Virus record (IMG/VR): IMGVR_UViG_3300017987_005501
Strand: one strand, 5' to 3'
Source of the DNA: a virus
Lineage: Duplodnaviria > Caudoviricetes
Length of the DNA stretch: 64,000 bases
The translations under genes and the position numbers were made by a program. Each line of letters opens with the position of its first letter. The first letter of the stretch is position 1. The notes beneath the pieces are model-generated. The model did no database searches, had not been told where the DNA came from, and saw only the letters and a list, made by a program, of their open reading frames with translations. Shown in pieces: positions 9,177-17,255 of this stretch.

Positions 9177-9896
9177 ATGCTGGCTAAAGAAAAAATAGTT
9201 CAAAGGATAGAGAAGCTTAAATTAAAGTACCTTAAAAAATATTATAAAAAATATTTTTCGAGAATTCCCGAGAACTGTAAATATAACCACCAGCAAAAGC
9301 AATTGCGTAAAACAACTGGGGAAGTTCTAATTGACCCTGACACGTTAAAACCAATTACTGTTGGTTTATGTATGATGGGTTGTAATAAACCGGATGATTG
9401 GAAGGGCAGCTTCTGTATGTATAAAGAAACAGCAGAAAGCTGCCCTTTCTTTACCGATAAATACAGTAAGACCCAAATCCGAAGTAAATTTGAGGAAGAG
9501 CTACGTAACCGTAATATACGGGCCGAAAAGTATAAAGACTTACATGAGTTGTATTTAATAATAAAACCAGGGGAAGAAGACGAAGACCTCTTTAGAGTTG
9601 ATAATCTTTTATCCGAAATAGATTCGTTACAAAACGAAGAGCTAACTGATTTAAGGGAAATGATAATAGCTGAGGTCAAGGCAAGGGACTTGGAACAAAA
9701 AGTTACTCCAAATTTTGATTTCCAATCTTTTTTTAATATAATAGAAACGGACGATCTTAGGAAATTAGCTCAACTAATTATATCTAGTCTTGAAAAAAGA
9801 GACGATTCAGATATAGACCAGCACCTTCTAAATAAAGATATCTGGAAAACGGAAGATCCCGCCGAGGAAGATTCCCTTTTTGAAAACGGACTTTAA
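9177..9896 (+). CDS. Hypothetical Cys-containing protein
   Basis: 239 aa ORF with several spaced Cys residues. Confidence 0.6.
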   Translation: MLAKEKIVQRIEKLKLKYLKKYYKKYFSRIPENCKYNHQQKQLRKTTGEVLIDPDTLKPITVGLCMMGCNKPDDWKGSFCMYKETAESCPFFTDKYSKTQIRSKFEEELRNRNIRAEKYKDLHELYLIIKPGEEDEDLFRVDNLLSEIDSLQNEELTDLREMIIAEVKARDLEQKVTPNFDFQSFFNIIETDDLRKLAQLIISSLEKRDDSDIDQHLLNKDIWKTEDPAEEDSLFENGL

Positions 9897-9902
9897 ATCT
9901 AA

Positions 9903-9917
9903 TAATAATCTGTTACT
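9903..9917 (+). promoter_or_regulatory. Putative phage late promoter motif TAATAATCTGTTACT
   Basis: Matches the motif found upstream of the structural genes. Confidence 0.5.
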
Positions 9918-9968
9918 AAATCGGATTTTTGATAAGCAACTTCTAGTTTCGTAGAAAAAGTCTGAGTT

Positions 9969-10484
9969 ATGGCAAAACAAGATATAATCGATACATCTGA
10001 CGTAATTGTGAGGATTTGGGGTTATAGATACCCAGTTAGCCTCGGGGGGACTTTATTAAATCAATCCTGGAGAGGTGGCCAGTTTGTTACCTTTATTGAT
10101 GACTGGACTGTTGATGTTGCGGATCCAATAAATTGGGAAGGGTTTTTAGTTAGAAGTTCCTTTGGAGAAGAAGGATGTATGCGCTTACAATCTTGGAACC
10201 CCCAGGTTACTAAGGGTATCCCAATGATTATTTATGGTTCCTATGATTTCATGTTTTACGAAACAATGAGCGTAAATATGAGAAGGGCAGCACAAGGTTT
10301 ACCTCCTTTAGGGCCCCCAGCACTTCCAGCACAAATACTAACCTATAATATTTCAGATCCTGTTTATGTAAGTTTGAACGGATTATTAACAAACGAACAG
10401 GAGCTTCCTGGAGCGGAGAGAGCAGGAACTGCTGCTGCGCTTCCTGCTACAAATAGAGGTTATTTAGGATTTATATTCTCATAG
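9969..10484 (+). CDS. Probable capsid decoration protein paralog
   Basis: FYET...LTYNISDPVYVSLNGLLT resembles VYET...MTYAAGDRLYMDCISGLLT of 57458..58096. Confidence 0.5.
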   Translation: MAKQDIIDTSDVIVRIWGYRYPVSLGGTLLNQSWRGGQFVTFIDDWTVDVADPINWEGFLVRSSFGEEGCMRLQSWNPQVTKGIPMIIYGSYDFMFYETMSVNMRRAAQGLPPLGPPALPAQILTYNISDPVYVSLNGLLTNEQELPGAERAGTAAALPATNRGYLGFIFS

Positions 10485-10493
10485 GATTCTTAA

Positions 10494-10814
10494 ATGTACG
10501 GATACTACGCAACAAAAAAACCAATTAAAGAAGTAGTCCGGGAATTAGAGAAAGACTTTAAAGGCCAATATCAAATAACGGCTACGCAGGTCTATGACTG
10601 GACAATTAAACACTACCCTTATAATGCATATCTTTTAGCCCCCGAAATAATTGGTTACTTTTGGAGGTATGTTAAAAATCATAATATCAATGTTTTAGCT
10701 TCCACCAAATCTTCCAGGATTAAGAGTAGTATAATTAATAGACTAAATAAAATTAGTAAAGTTCTGGAAAGATTAAATGAGCACGCAAGAGAAAATAAAA
10801 TCATTCATCGATAA
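10494..10814 (+). CDS. Hypothetical protein
   Basis: ORF in operon. Confidence 0.5.
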   Translation: MYGYYATKKPIKEVVRELEKDFKGQYQITATQVYDWTIKHYPYNAYLLAPEIIGYFWRYVKNHNINVLASTKSSRIKSSIINRLNKISKVLERLNEHARENKIIHR

Positions 10815-11481
10815 AGCCCACCGCAAGCTTCTTAGATCCCAAGAAGCATTATCCTACTTAGAAAAGCGTGGAGTTACTAAAGAGCAAATTGAGAGATATA
10901 AATTTGGTTTCTCTTTAACCAAAAAAATGGGTATCCCCGAATTTGATAAATGGTCTTTTAATGGGGATCGGTTAAAAAATCGCCTAATTTTCCCAATTAA
11001 AAATTCTCTAGGGGATTATAAAGCTTTTGGAACAAGGCTTAATAATAAAGATTCTGGGGGATACCAGTATTTTTATTTTGATAAGATAGAAGCAACCTTC
11101 TTTGGGATGGAAAACTTAAAATCTATTTGGGAAAAAGGGTACTGTTATATAACAGAAGGTATTTTTGATCACCTAGTTTTAGAACATTTATACGATAACT
11201 GTATTTGCCCTCTTACCGCAAACTTGAAACAAGGCAGACTTAAGTTTTTAAGTAGGTTTGCGGATACAATTATTTTTGCGTTTGATGCTGACAGTACCGG
11301 TATTGAGAAAATTAAGCAAATTTCTCAAAACGAGGACTTGAACCATTTAACCTTTTATCAATTTTCAAACTACAGAAGTGTCGGGGAAAATGTTAAAGAC
11401 TTAAATAACATATGGCAGGTACTCGGGGAGAGTAAATTTAAGGATTTTATCGAAAGACAAAATGATTTATTTGTTTTTTAG
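10777..11481 (+). CDS. DnaG-type primase catalytic core (Toprim) lacking the zinc-binding domain
   Basis: YLEKRG, RLIFPI, FGTR, ITEGIFD and FAFDAD motifs. Only 234 aa, with no CxxH...CxxC. Confidence 0.8.
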   Translation: MSTQEKIKSFIDKAHRKLLRSQEALSYLEKRGVTKEQIERYKFGFSLTKKMGIPEFDKWSFNGDRLKNRLIFPIKNSLGDYKAFGTRLNNKDSGGYQYFYFDKIEATFFGMENLKSIWEKGYCYITEGIFDHLVLEHLYDNCICPLTANLKQGRLKFLSRFADTIIFAFDADSTGIEKIKQISQNEDLNHLTFYQFSNYRSVGENVKDLNNIWQVLGESKFKDFIERQNDLFVF

Positions 11482-11553
11482 GGAAGTTTAAGCTCTTTTC
11501 ATGTAAAATAATTACGGATACCTATATTCTACAATCGTTTAGAGATCTATATA

Positions 11554-11979
11554 ATGACTATTGACGAAGTTTTCGAACTGCTCGGCATTAAAAAAACAAA
11601 AAGGATGTTAAAAGAAGCAAGAGATAATATTAAAACCTTAAACGATGACCTTTTTGAGCTTGAAAAACAGAAAAGGAAGGCAGCGTCTGAATTAAAAGCC
11701 AGAGAATTAATTATGAAGAGAGATATAGCGATGGAAATTGAACCAGGAACGCAAAACAAGAAAGCTTTTACTAATGATTCATTGCGAGACGCAGAGTTTA
11801 TTATGAGGTCAGCTGCTGATAAAAATATAGCAGACTTAAGAGATGAGCTCGACCTTTTAGTTGCAGGTATTTTTCAAAAAAAGATTTCTTTGCAAATTGA
11901 AGGGGAAGCTAATAAAGAATTACTTCTTGACTATAAAATGGCGATATCGCTAATTCCTTATCTGAATACAGAGGACTAG
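11554..11979 (+). CDS. Hypothetical coiled-coil protein
   Basis: 141 aa ORF. Confidence 0.55.
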   Translation: MTIDEVFELLGIKKTKRMLKEARDNIKTLNDDLFELEKQKRKAASELKARELIMKRDIAMEIEPGTQNKKAFTNDSLRDAEFIMRSAADKNIADLRDELDLLVAGIFQKKISLQIEGEANKELLLDYKMAISLIPYLNTED

Positions 11980-11985
11980 TAACCC

Positions 11986-12405
11986 ATGATCATCAACCTT
12001 TTCGAAGATAAGATCGAAGAAATTTTAGATAAGCATAATGTTGCTGCTTCAAATTATGATAAATTAAAAACGGACTTAGTAAATGCTTTTGTAGAAAGCC
12101 ATTTAGCAACAAATAAACGACTTTCTACCCCTCCTAAGCACTTTCTTGAGTTTATGAAGAAAGAAAAGATAGAGAACCCCGATGTAATCTATAAAACTTT
12201 TTATAAGTGGGTTACAAAAACAGAAGAGGGTGAAAAATGGCTTTGTTCTACCCTCGGGGTCACTAGAGATGTTCTAACGGCAGATCTTGCTATTCAATAT
12301 ATGCAATCTGGTGGGAAAAAGGTCCATCTCAAACCATTACAGACTACAATTTATTACCGTGGAAAACCTAAGCAAAAAACACGGAAAAAGAAAAAGAATA
12401 CATAA
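11986..12405 (+). CDS. Hypothetical protein with basic C-terminus
   Basis: 139 aa ORF. Confidence 0.5.
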   Translation: MIINLFEDKIEEILDKHNVAASNYDKLKTDLVNAFVESHLATNKRLSTPPKHFLEFMKKEKIENPDVIYKTFYKWVTKTEEGEKWLCSTLGVTRDVLTADLAIQYMQSGGKKVHLKPLQTTIYYRGKPKQKTRKKKKNT

Positions 12406-13081
12406 AAAAAACTTTGAGAAGGGCACTCAAAACTTATTTTACTTTTTAAGGAATAGCGTTCTTGACGCGAACTTAAAATCGGCGAAGATGTTTTTAGGGC
12501 TTTTAAAGCAAAATTACAATATAAGCCCCTCATTGTTTAGAGAAAGTTTAGCCGATTGGCAAAAAGAGGAATTTGCAAAACTAAAAAAACAAGTCCTCGC
12601 TAATAACCTTCTAAATGAGATTAATATCCTTGAAGAAGAATATTGCAGTATTAAATCAGAAACAGACCCAATTCCAGAAAGAGAAATTCCAGATCTTTTA
12701 CTTCAGGGGCAACTTAAAAGCCTAACCAAAGTACTGGGAATAGTCCAACCTAAGTGGGGTGGCAAAGAGATCCCTATTAATGTTGGAAATACCGGAAAGA
12801 ATTATGTAGATTTAATTCTTGACGATTTAGGGGATGAAAGAAAAAGCAAATATATTATAGAGATAAAAACTCATCGCGCTGATCACAACGTTATCGGGCA
12901 AATTAAAAAGTACGAGTTGTTTTACCAAAAAAAATTAATCTACCGGCTATGGCACAATGTTATCCCCGTGGTAATTGCACATGGGTATGATAAAACTACA
13001 AGAACAGAACTTAAGAAACAAAACGTTCGGACCCTTATCTACGAATCCCCAAGAGATAAAATTAGTTTTATGGAAGTTTAA
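12359..13081 (+). CDS. NucS/EndoMS-like PD-(D/E)XK endonuclease domain protein
   Basis: KEIPI...YVDLIL...IIEIK...VIGQIKKY...PVVIA pattern. Start uncertain (GTG 12359 preferred over TTG 12287). Confidence 0.65.
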   Translation: MENLSKKHGKRKRIHKKNFEKGTQNLFYFLRNSVLDANLKSAKMFLGLLKQNYNISPSLFRESLADWQKEEFAKLKKQVLANNLLNEINILEEEYCSIKSETDPIPEREIPDLLLQGQLKSLTKVLGIVQPKWGGKEIPINVGNTGKNYVDLILDDLGDERKSKYIIEIKTHRADHNVIGQIKKYELFYQKKLIYRLWHNVIPVVIAHGYDKTTRTELKKQNVRTLIYESPRDKISFMEV

Positions 13082-13145
13082 AATTATGCTGGGGACAAAA
13101 GCAGTATAATAACTAATTACATGTTTGCTGTAAAGGAAACCTAGC

Positions 13146-13676
13146 ATGAAAGATTTATCCAAAGCTAAATGGACCGATAGCGATAAGCGGAATTGGAAAG
13201 AAACTATCAAAAGTTTTTATAATATAGAACACGTAACTTCAATTCAAAAATATAATCCATCAGATACAATTTTCCTCACCCGTTGTTCCTCTGCCAAATC
13301 CGGAAAAGTCCGTGGGACCCCTTCCCAAATGTATTGGGGGGCTATTAATAAAAAGTTCTACCGTATGCTGGATAAGTTTGAGTTATACTACGGGGTATGT
13401 AGCGACTTTCTAGGGGTTGTTTTTAAGGACGAAGAATTTGATAACTATGATGTTCATCCCGCCGATATTACAGACGAGGACAAGAGAAAACTTGGAGAAA
13501 TAATTAGTACTAAAATAAAGGAAAAGGGCTTTAAAAATGCCTATTTCTTTAATACTAGCCCTCTTTTATCGAGGCCCTATTTTGAGATGCTATATTATTC
13601 ACAAATTCCTGTAAAATATTTCTCGGATTTACAAATTGTTAGGGAAGCATTTGAAGTTGAAGATGATTTACTCTAG
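13146..13676 (+). CDS. DUF6884/DUF5591-like protein associated with TGT-family enzymes
   Basis: TRCSSAK...TPSQMY...F...VCSDFLGVV...NYD pattern; directly upstream of Gat-QueC. Confidence 0.5.
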   Translation: MKDLSKAKWTDSDKRNWKETIKSFYNIEHVTSIQKYNPSDTIFLTRCSSAKSGKVRGTPSQMYWGAINKKFYRMLDKFELYYGVCSDFLGVVFKDEEFDNYDVHPADITDEDKRKLGEIISTKIKEKGFKNAYFFNTSPLLSRPYFEMLYYSQIPVKYFSDLQIVREAFEVEDDLL

Positions 13677-13685
13677 GAGGTAGTT

Positions 13686-15164
13686 ATGTGTTCCATTTTT
13701 GGATTTTTTAAACCGTCCGGTGCTATTGGGGACTCATTCGAAGAAAATGGCTTCAAAATCCCCTGGAAAAGCTTATTCCATAAAATCACAGAAAATTCTA
13801 GCGAGAGAGGCAAGGATGCCTTCGGTTATGTCAAATTTGGAAGAGGCGCACCCATTGTAAATAAGTGGTCGTTGAAAAATTATTCAACACATCAAAAAGA
13901 AAATGCATACTACGGGTGGGGTGTTGACGAAGACTCGTGGGGACTTTTAGCAAATAATAGGGCAGAACCAGAAACAGAATTCCAAAAAGATTTTCAGGAA
14001 AAGGATTTTCAACCTTTTACCAGCCCTACCCTTAGTGGAAATACTGTCCATGTTGTGCATAATGGGTTGGTAAGTAACGATGCAGAAATCCGGGAAAGAT
14101 TAAAATTAAACCTTGACACGGAAACTGATTCAGCAGTTCTTCCCTATGTTTTTCGCCAAGCTACCTATTTTCAGGGATTTTTAAGGGATATTAAATACAA
14201 ACTAAAAGGTAGCTATGCCCTTGCCGTATATAATACCCTAAGCCCAGACAAGCTCTTTCTCTATAGAGATTTCAACCCGTTAACTGTTCTATATAATAAA
14301 CAAGAAAATGTATATATCTTTGCTTCCTTTGAAAAATACGTAAGAGAAGCTATTTCTAAATGCAAGGGAAACCAACTTAATTGGGCAACCATAGATATCC
14401 CTCCCTATTCTGGAGCTGTAATTTCTAAAAAAGGAATTGAAATAGCATCTATCGACTCCGTTGACGATTCTCAAAAGAAAGAACCGGTCCAAGAACTTTT
14501 CTTTGGAAAAAAGGCATTAATCGTAATGAGTGGGGGCCTTGATAGCGTTGTTGCTGCTATTATGATGAAAAATATGGGGTTTAAATTAGATTTCTTACAT
14601 TTCTCCTACGAAGGGAGAGCACAGGAAAAAGAAATCTCTGCTGTTAAAGACCTAGCAGAACATTTTAATGCTAATCTTGAAATTTTCAAATTCGACCTAT
14701 TTAAAAATTTAGGAGGAAGCAGCTTAGTTGACAGAAATATTGACTTAGCTGATGGGAAAGAGGGGGCGGAACATGCTAAAGATTGGATTCCCGCCCGAAA
14801 TACTGTCTTTACCGCTATTGCCGCTGCATACGCAGATAGGTTTAAGTACGATGCCATTGTCTTAGGATTAAATTTATCAGAGGGGATGACCTTCCCGGAC
14901 AATACAACGGAATATTTTGAAACTTTCTCTAGGGTTCTCAGTCTCGGGACAATGCAAAGACCTAAAATTATTTGTCCCTTAAGTAATATGACTAAACATG
15001 AGTTAGTATTATACGGTATGAGAGAAGACCCAGATGCTATAAAACTTAGCTATAGTTGCTATACAGGAAACGATAAACACTGTGGCACATGTGCAAGCTG
15101 CTACCTTAGAAAAATTGCTTTCAAGATGAACAACTTAAACGATCCGGCTGATTTTGAGGATTAA
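13686..15164 (+). CDS. queC: Gat-QueC fusion: class II glutamine amidotransferase plus 7-cyano-7-deazaguanine synthase
   Basis: N-terminal MCSIFG (Cys1), RGKD, VHNG, TDS, GSYAL. C-terminal SGGLDS, IPARN, PDNT, SCY...HCGTCASC. Confidence 0.92.
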   Translation: MCSIFGFFKPSGAIGDSFEENGFKIPWKSLFHKITENSSERGKDAFGYVKFGRGAPIVNKWSLKNYSTHQKENAYYGWGVDEDSWGLLANNRAEPETEFQKDFQEKDFQPFTSPTLSGNTVHVVHNGLVSNDAEIRERLKLNLDTETDSAVLPYVFRQATYFQGFLRDIKYKLKGSYALAVYNTLSPDKLFLYRDFNPLTVLYNKQENVYIFASFEKYVREAISKCKGNQLNWATIDIPPYSGAVISKKGIEIASIDSVDDSQKKEPVQELFFGKKALIVMSGGLDSVVAAIMMKNMGFKLDFLHFSYEGRAQEKEISAVKDLAEHFNANLEIFKFDLFKNLGGSSLVDRNIDLADGKEGAEHAKDWIPARNTVFTAIAAAYADRFKYDAIVLGLNLSEGMTFPDNTTEYFETFSRVLSLGTMQRPKIICPLSNMTKHELVLYGMREDPDAIKLSYSCYTGNDKHCGTCASCYLRKIAFKMNNLNDPADFED

Positions 15165-15167
15165 ATT

Positions 15168-16388
15168 ATGACAGAGAAGAAACCAGAAAAGAAACAAAAA
15201 CAACACGGAGTTGCCGAAGATATGAATACTCCACCGGAGCTAAGCGACACGAAGAAGCATACTCTTTATAAAACTTTGGAAGTCGCAAGAGAAAAAGTCA
15301 CAACGGAAATTAAAGATAAATGTGAAGGGAAGAAGAAGTTCGTTATTTGGATTGCACAAATCGACCCCGATGCCATTGGGTCCGCTATGGTTATTAGGTA
15401 CTACCTAATGGTTTGCTTAAATATCGACCCTAGTTATATCCAAATTTATTATGGTGGGGCCGTTTCCCACGCACAAAACCGGTGCATCTTTAATATTTTC
15501 GAGTTAGATAATTTATTCCAGCGAATATCTTGCGAAGAAGTGCCTCATAAGGAAGAGGAGGAAATTTGGTTTTTAGTAGATTCTAACGACCTTAATGATT
15601 CCAGGTTTTCTGGCATGGACTTATCAGATATTGATATTATTATTGATCATCATAGGATATCTGCTAAACAAAAAACCGAGGATAAAATTTATTTTATCGA
15701 TTCAATTGGGTCTGCTTCAACTTTAACAGTTGAACTCTTGGAAACAGAATGTTCTGGTTTAGAAAATTTACCTTCTGATTCCGACCGAGAGAAAGTTTTA
15801 ACCCTAGCATCAATTGGAATTCGAAATGACACAAACAACTTTACGTCAGCATTAACCCATACGAGGGACACAGAAGCACTTAATAAATTAATTCCTTTTA
15901 TTGATAATGATTTAACAATCCAAGTTGAAAATTACCCCCTGGATAATAACTATTTCTCTATACTATCTAATGTCCTTGAAACAAGAAAAGTTAAAGGAAT
16001 TAGAGCAATCGCCTCCGCTGGCTATATTTACGAGGAGGATGGGGACCAATTAGCAGAAGCTTGTAATCTGTTAATTCGGGAAGCCCGCGTTAGCATTGCT
16101 GTTGTTTGGGGGATTATTTTAGAAACGGGAAGGGTGCGACTTAGTATTCGAAGCAAAGATGTTTCTCTAAACCTTGATTCAAAATTAAAAGAGGTTTTCG
16201 AAGGAAAAGGAGGCGCAAAACAAACTAAGGGGGTTGCAGAAGGTGGAGTACATTTAGATATGGGAGATTTCGTACCTTCTGGGCCACTTAAGGATGATGA
16301 GACGTATAAGGAATATTGGAGAAACATTATAGAGGCAAATATTACAGGTAAAATTTCACTTATGTTAAAAGACAGTGGAGAAGATTAA
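15168..16388 (+). CDS. DHH/DHHA1 family phosphoesterase
   Basis: DPDAIGS, LVDSN, IIDHH and GIRNDT motifs, plus RLSIRS...GG DHHA1 domain. Confidence 0.85.
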   Translation: MTEKKPEKKQKQHGVAEDMNTPPELSDTKKHTLYKTLEVAREKVTTEIKDKCEGKKKFVIWIAQIDPDAIGSAMVIRYYLMVCLNIDPSYIQIYYGGAVSHAQNRCIFNIFELDNLFQRISCEEVPHKEEEEIWFLVDSNDLNDSRFSGMDLSDIDIIIDHHRISAKQKTEDKIYFIDSIGSASTLTVELLETECSGLENLPSDSDREKVLTLASIGIRNDTNNFTSALTHTRDTEALNKLIPFIDNDLTIQVENYPLDNNYFSILSNVLETRKVKGIRAIASAGYIYEEDGDQLAEACNLLIREARVSIAVVWGIILETGRVRLSIRSKDVSLNLDSKLKEVFEGKGGAKQTKGVAEGGVHLDMGDFVPSGPLKDDETYKEYWRNIIEANITGKISLMLKDSGED

Positions 16389-16389
16389 A

Positions 16390-17241
16390 ATGAATTTAAG
16401 ATACTATGGTTTCCAGCCCGAAATTAAAGAATACGTTGATAATACGCTCCGCCCAGGGGTGTATAAGACAGAACTTCCCTATATAATTTCATTTATTGGG
16501 GAAGCTAACGTTTCAAAAGATGGTCTTTGTGACTTAGCCGACATCCATGGAAGCGAGGCTTTTATTGAAGGAAATATGCTTCATTTTATCGCAGAGTTCC
16601 CAGATAATATTTCGCCTCACGAAATGGTTTTATATCAAAGAAGATTTATTACTATTGTAAAACAAAAAATTGAGGGCTTAGGAGATATTAAACTAACACA
16701 AGGTGGGGACGATTTATATTATAAAGGAAGGAAACTAAGCGTATCAATTGTTGCTCCTTCGACTGTCGGCACCTATCTTATGCACGCAGCATTTAATATC
16801 ACAAACAAGTGTAAGCTTAACATCTCTTGGCTGGACGAATTCATAGATACGGATTATGAATCATTAGTTAACCTATCCTTGGATTTAATGGGACAATTTA
16901 AGAATGAACTAGATTCGATAAATTATGCTGTACATAAGGTTAAACCCATTTATCCAGATGGGCATTTCCTTAACCTAGAAAAAGCAATTGAAAACGCAAG
17001 TTTTAGAGTTTCTAATTTACAAAAGATCATCAGAGACTTATATAAGGAAGTTACCTCAACCTTGCCTTACGAAGAAAAGAAAGATAAAGCCTTGGAGCTT
17101 ATTAGTCTTTTTCCCCTAAATAAAACAGAGGAATTAAAAGAAGCTTTGTCCTGTTGTAATGATGATCGCCATTTAGTCGCTTTTGCAGAAGCACTAATTA
17201 TTAAGCTGCTAAGAGAATCAAAAATCGTCTCTAACTATTAA
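16390..17241 (+). CDS. DUF366-like protein (biotin/lipoate ligase-like fold) with C-terminal helical extension
   Basis: SFIGEANV, DLAD, MLHFIAEF, YQR, GDDLYYKGRKLSVSI and HAAFNI motifs. Start ATG 16390. Confidence 0.75.
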   Translation: MNLRYYGFQPEIKEYVDNTLRPGVYKTELPYIISFIGEANVSKDGLCDLADIHGSEAFIEGNMLHFIAEFPDNISPHEMVLYQRRFITIVKQKIEGLGDIKLTQGGDDLYYKGRKLSVSIVAPSTVGTYLMHAAFNITNKCKLNISWLDEFIDTDYESLVNLSLDLMGQFKNELDSINYAVHKVKPIYPDGHFLNLEKAIENASFRVSNLQKIIRDLYKEVTSTLPYEEKKDKALELISLFPLNKTEELKEALSCCNDDRHLVAFAEALIIKLLRESKIVSNY

Positions 17242-17255
17242 GAAGGGTAATTTAT

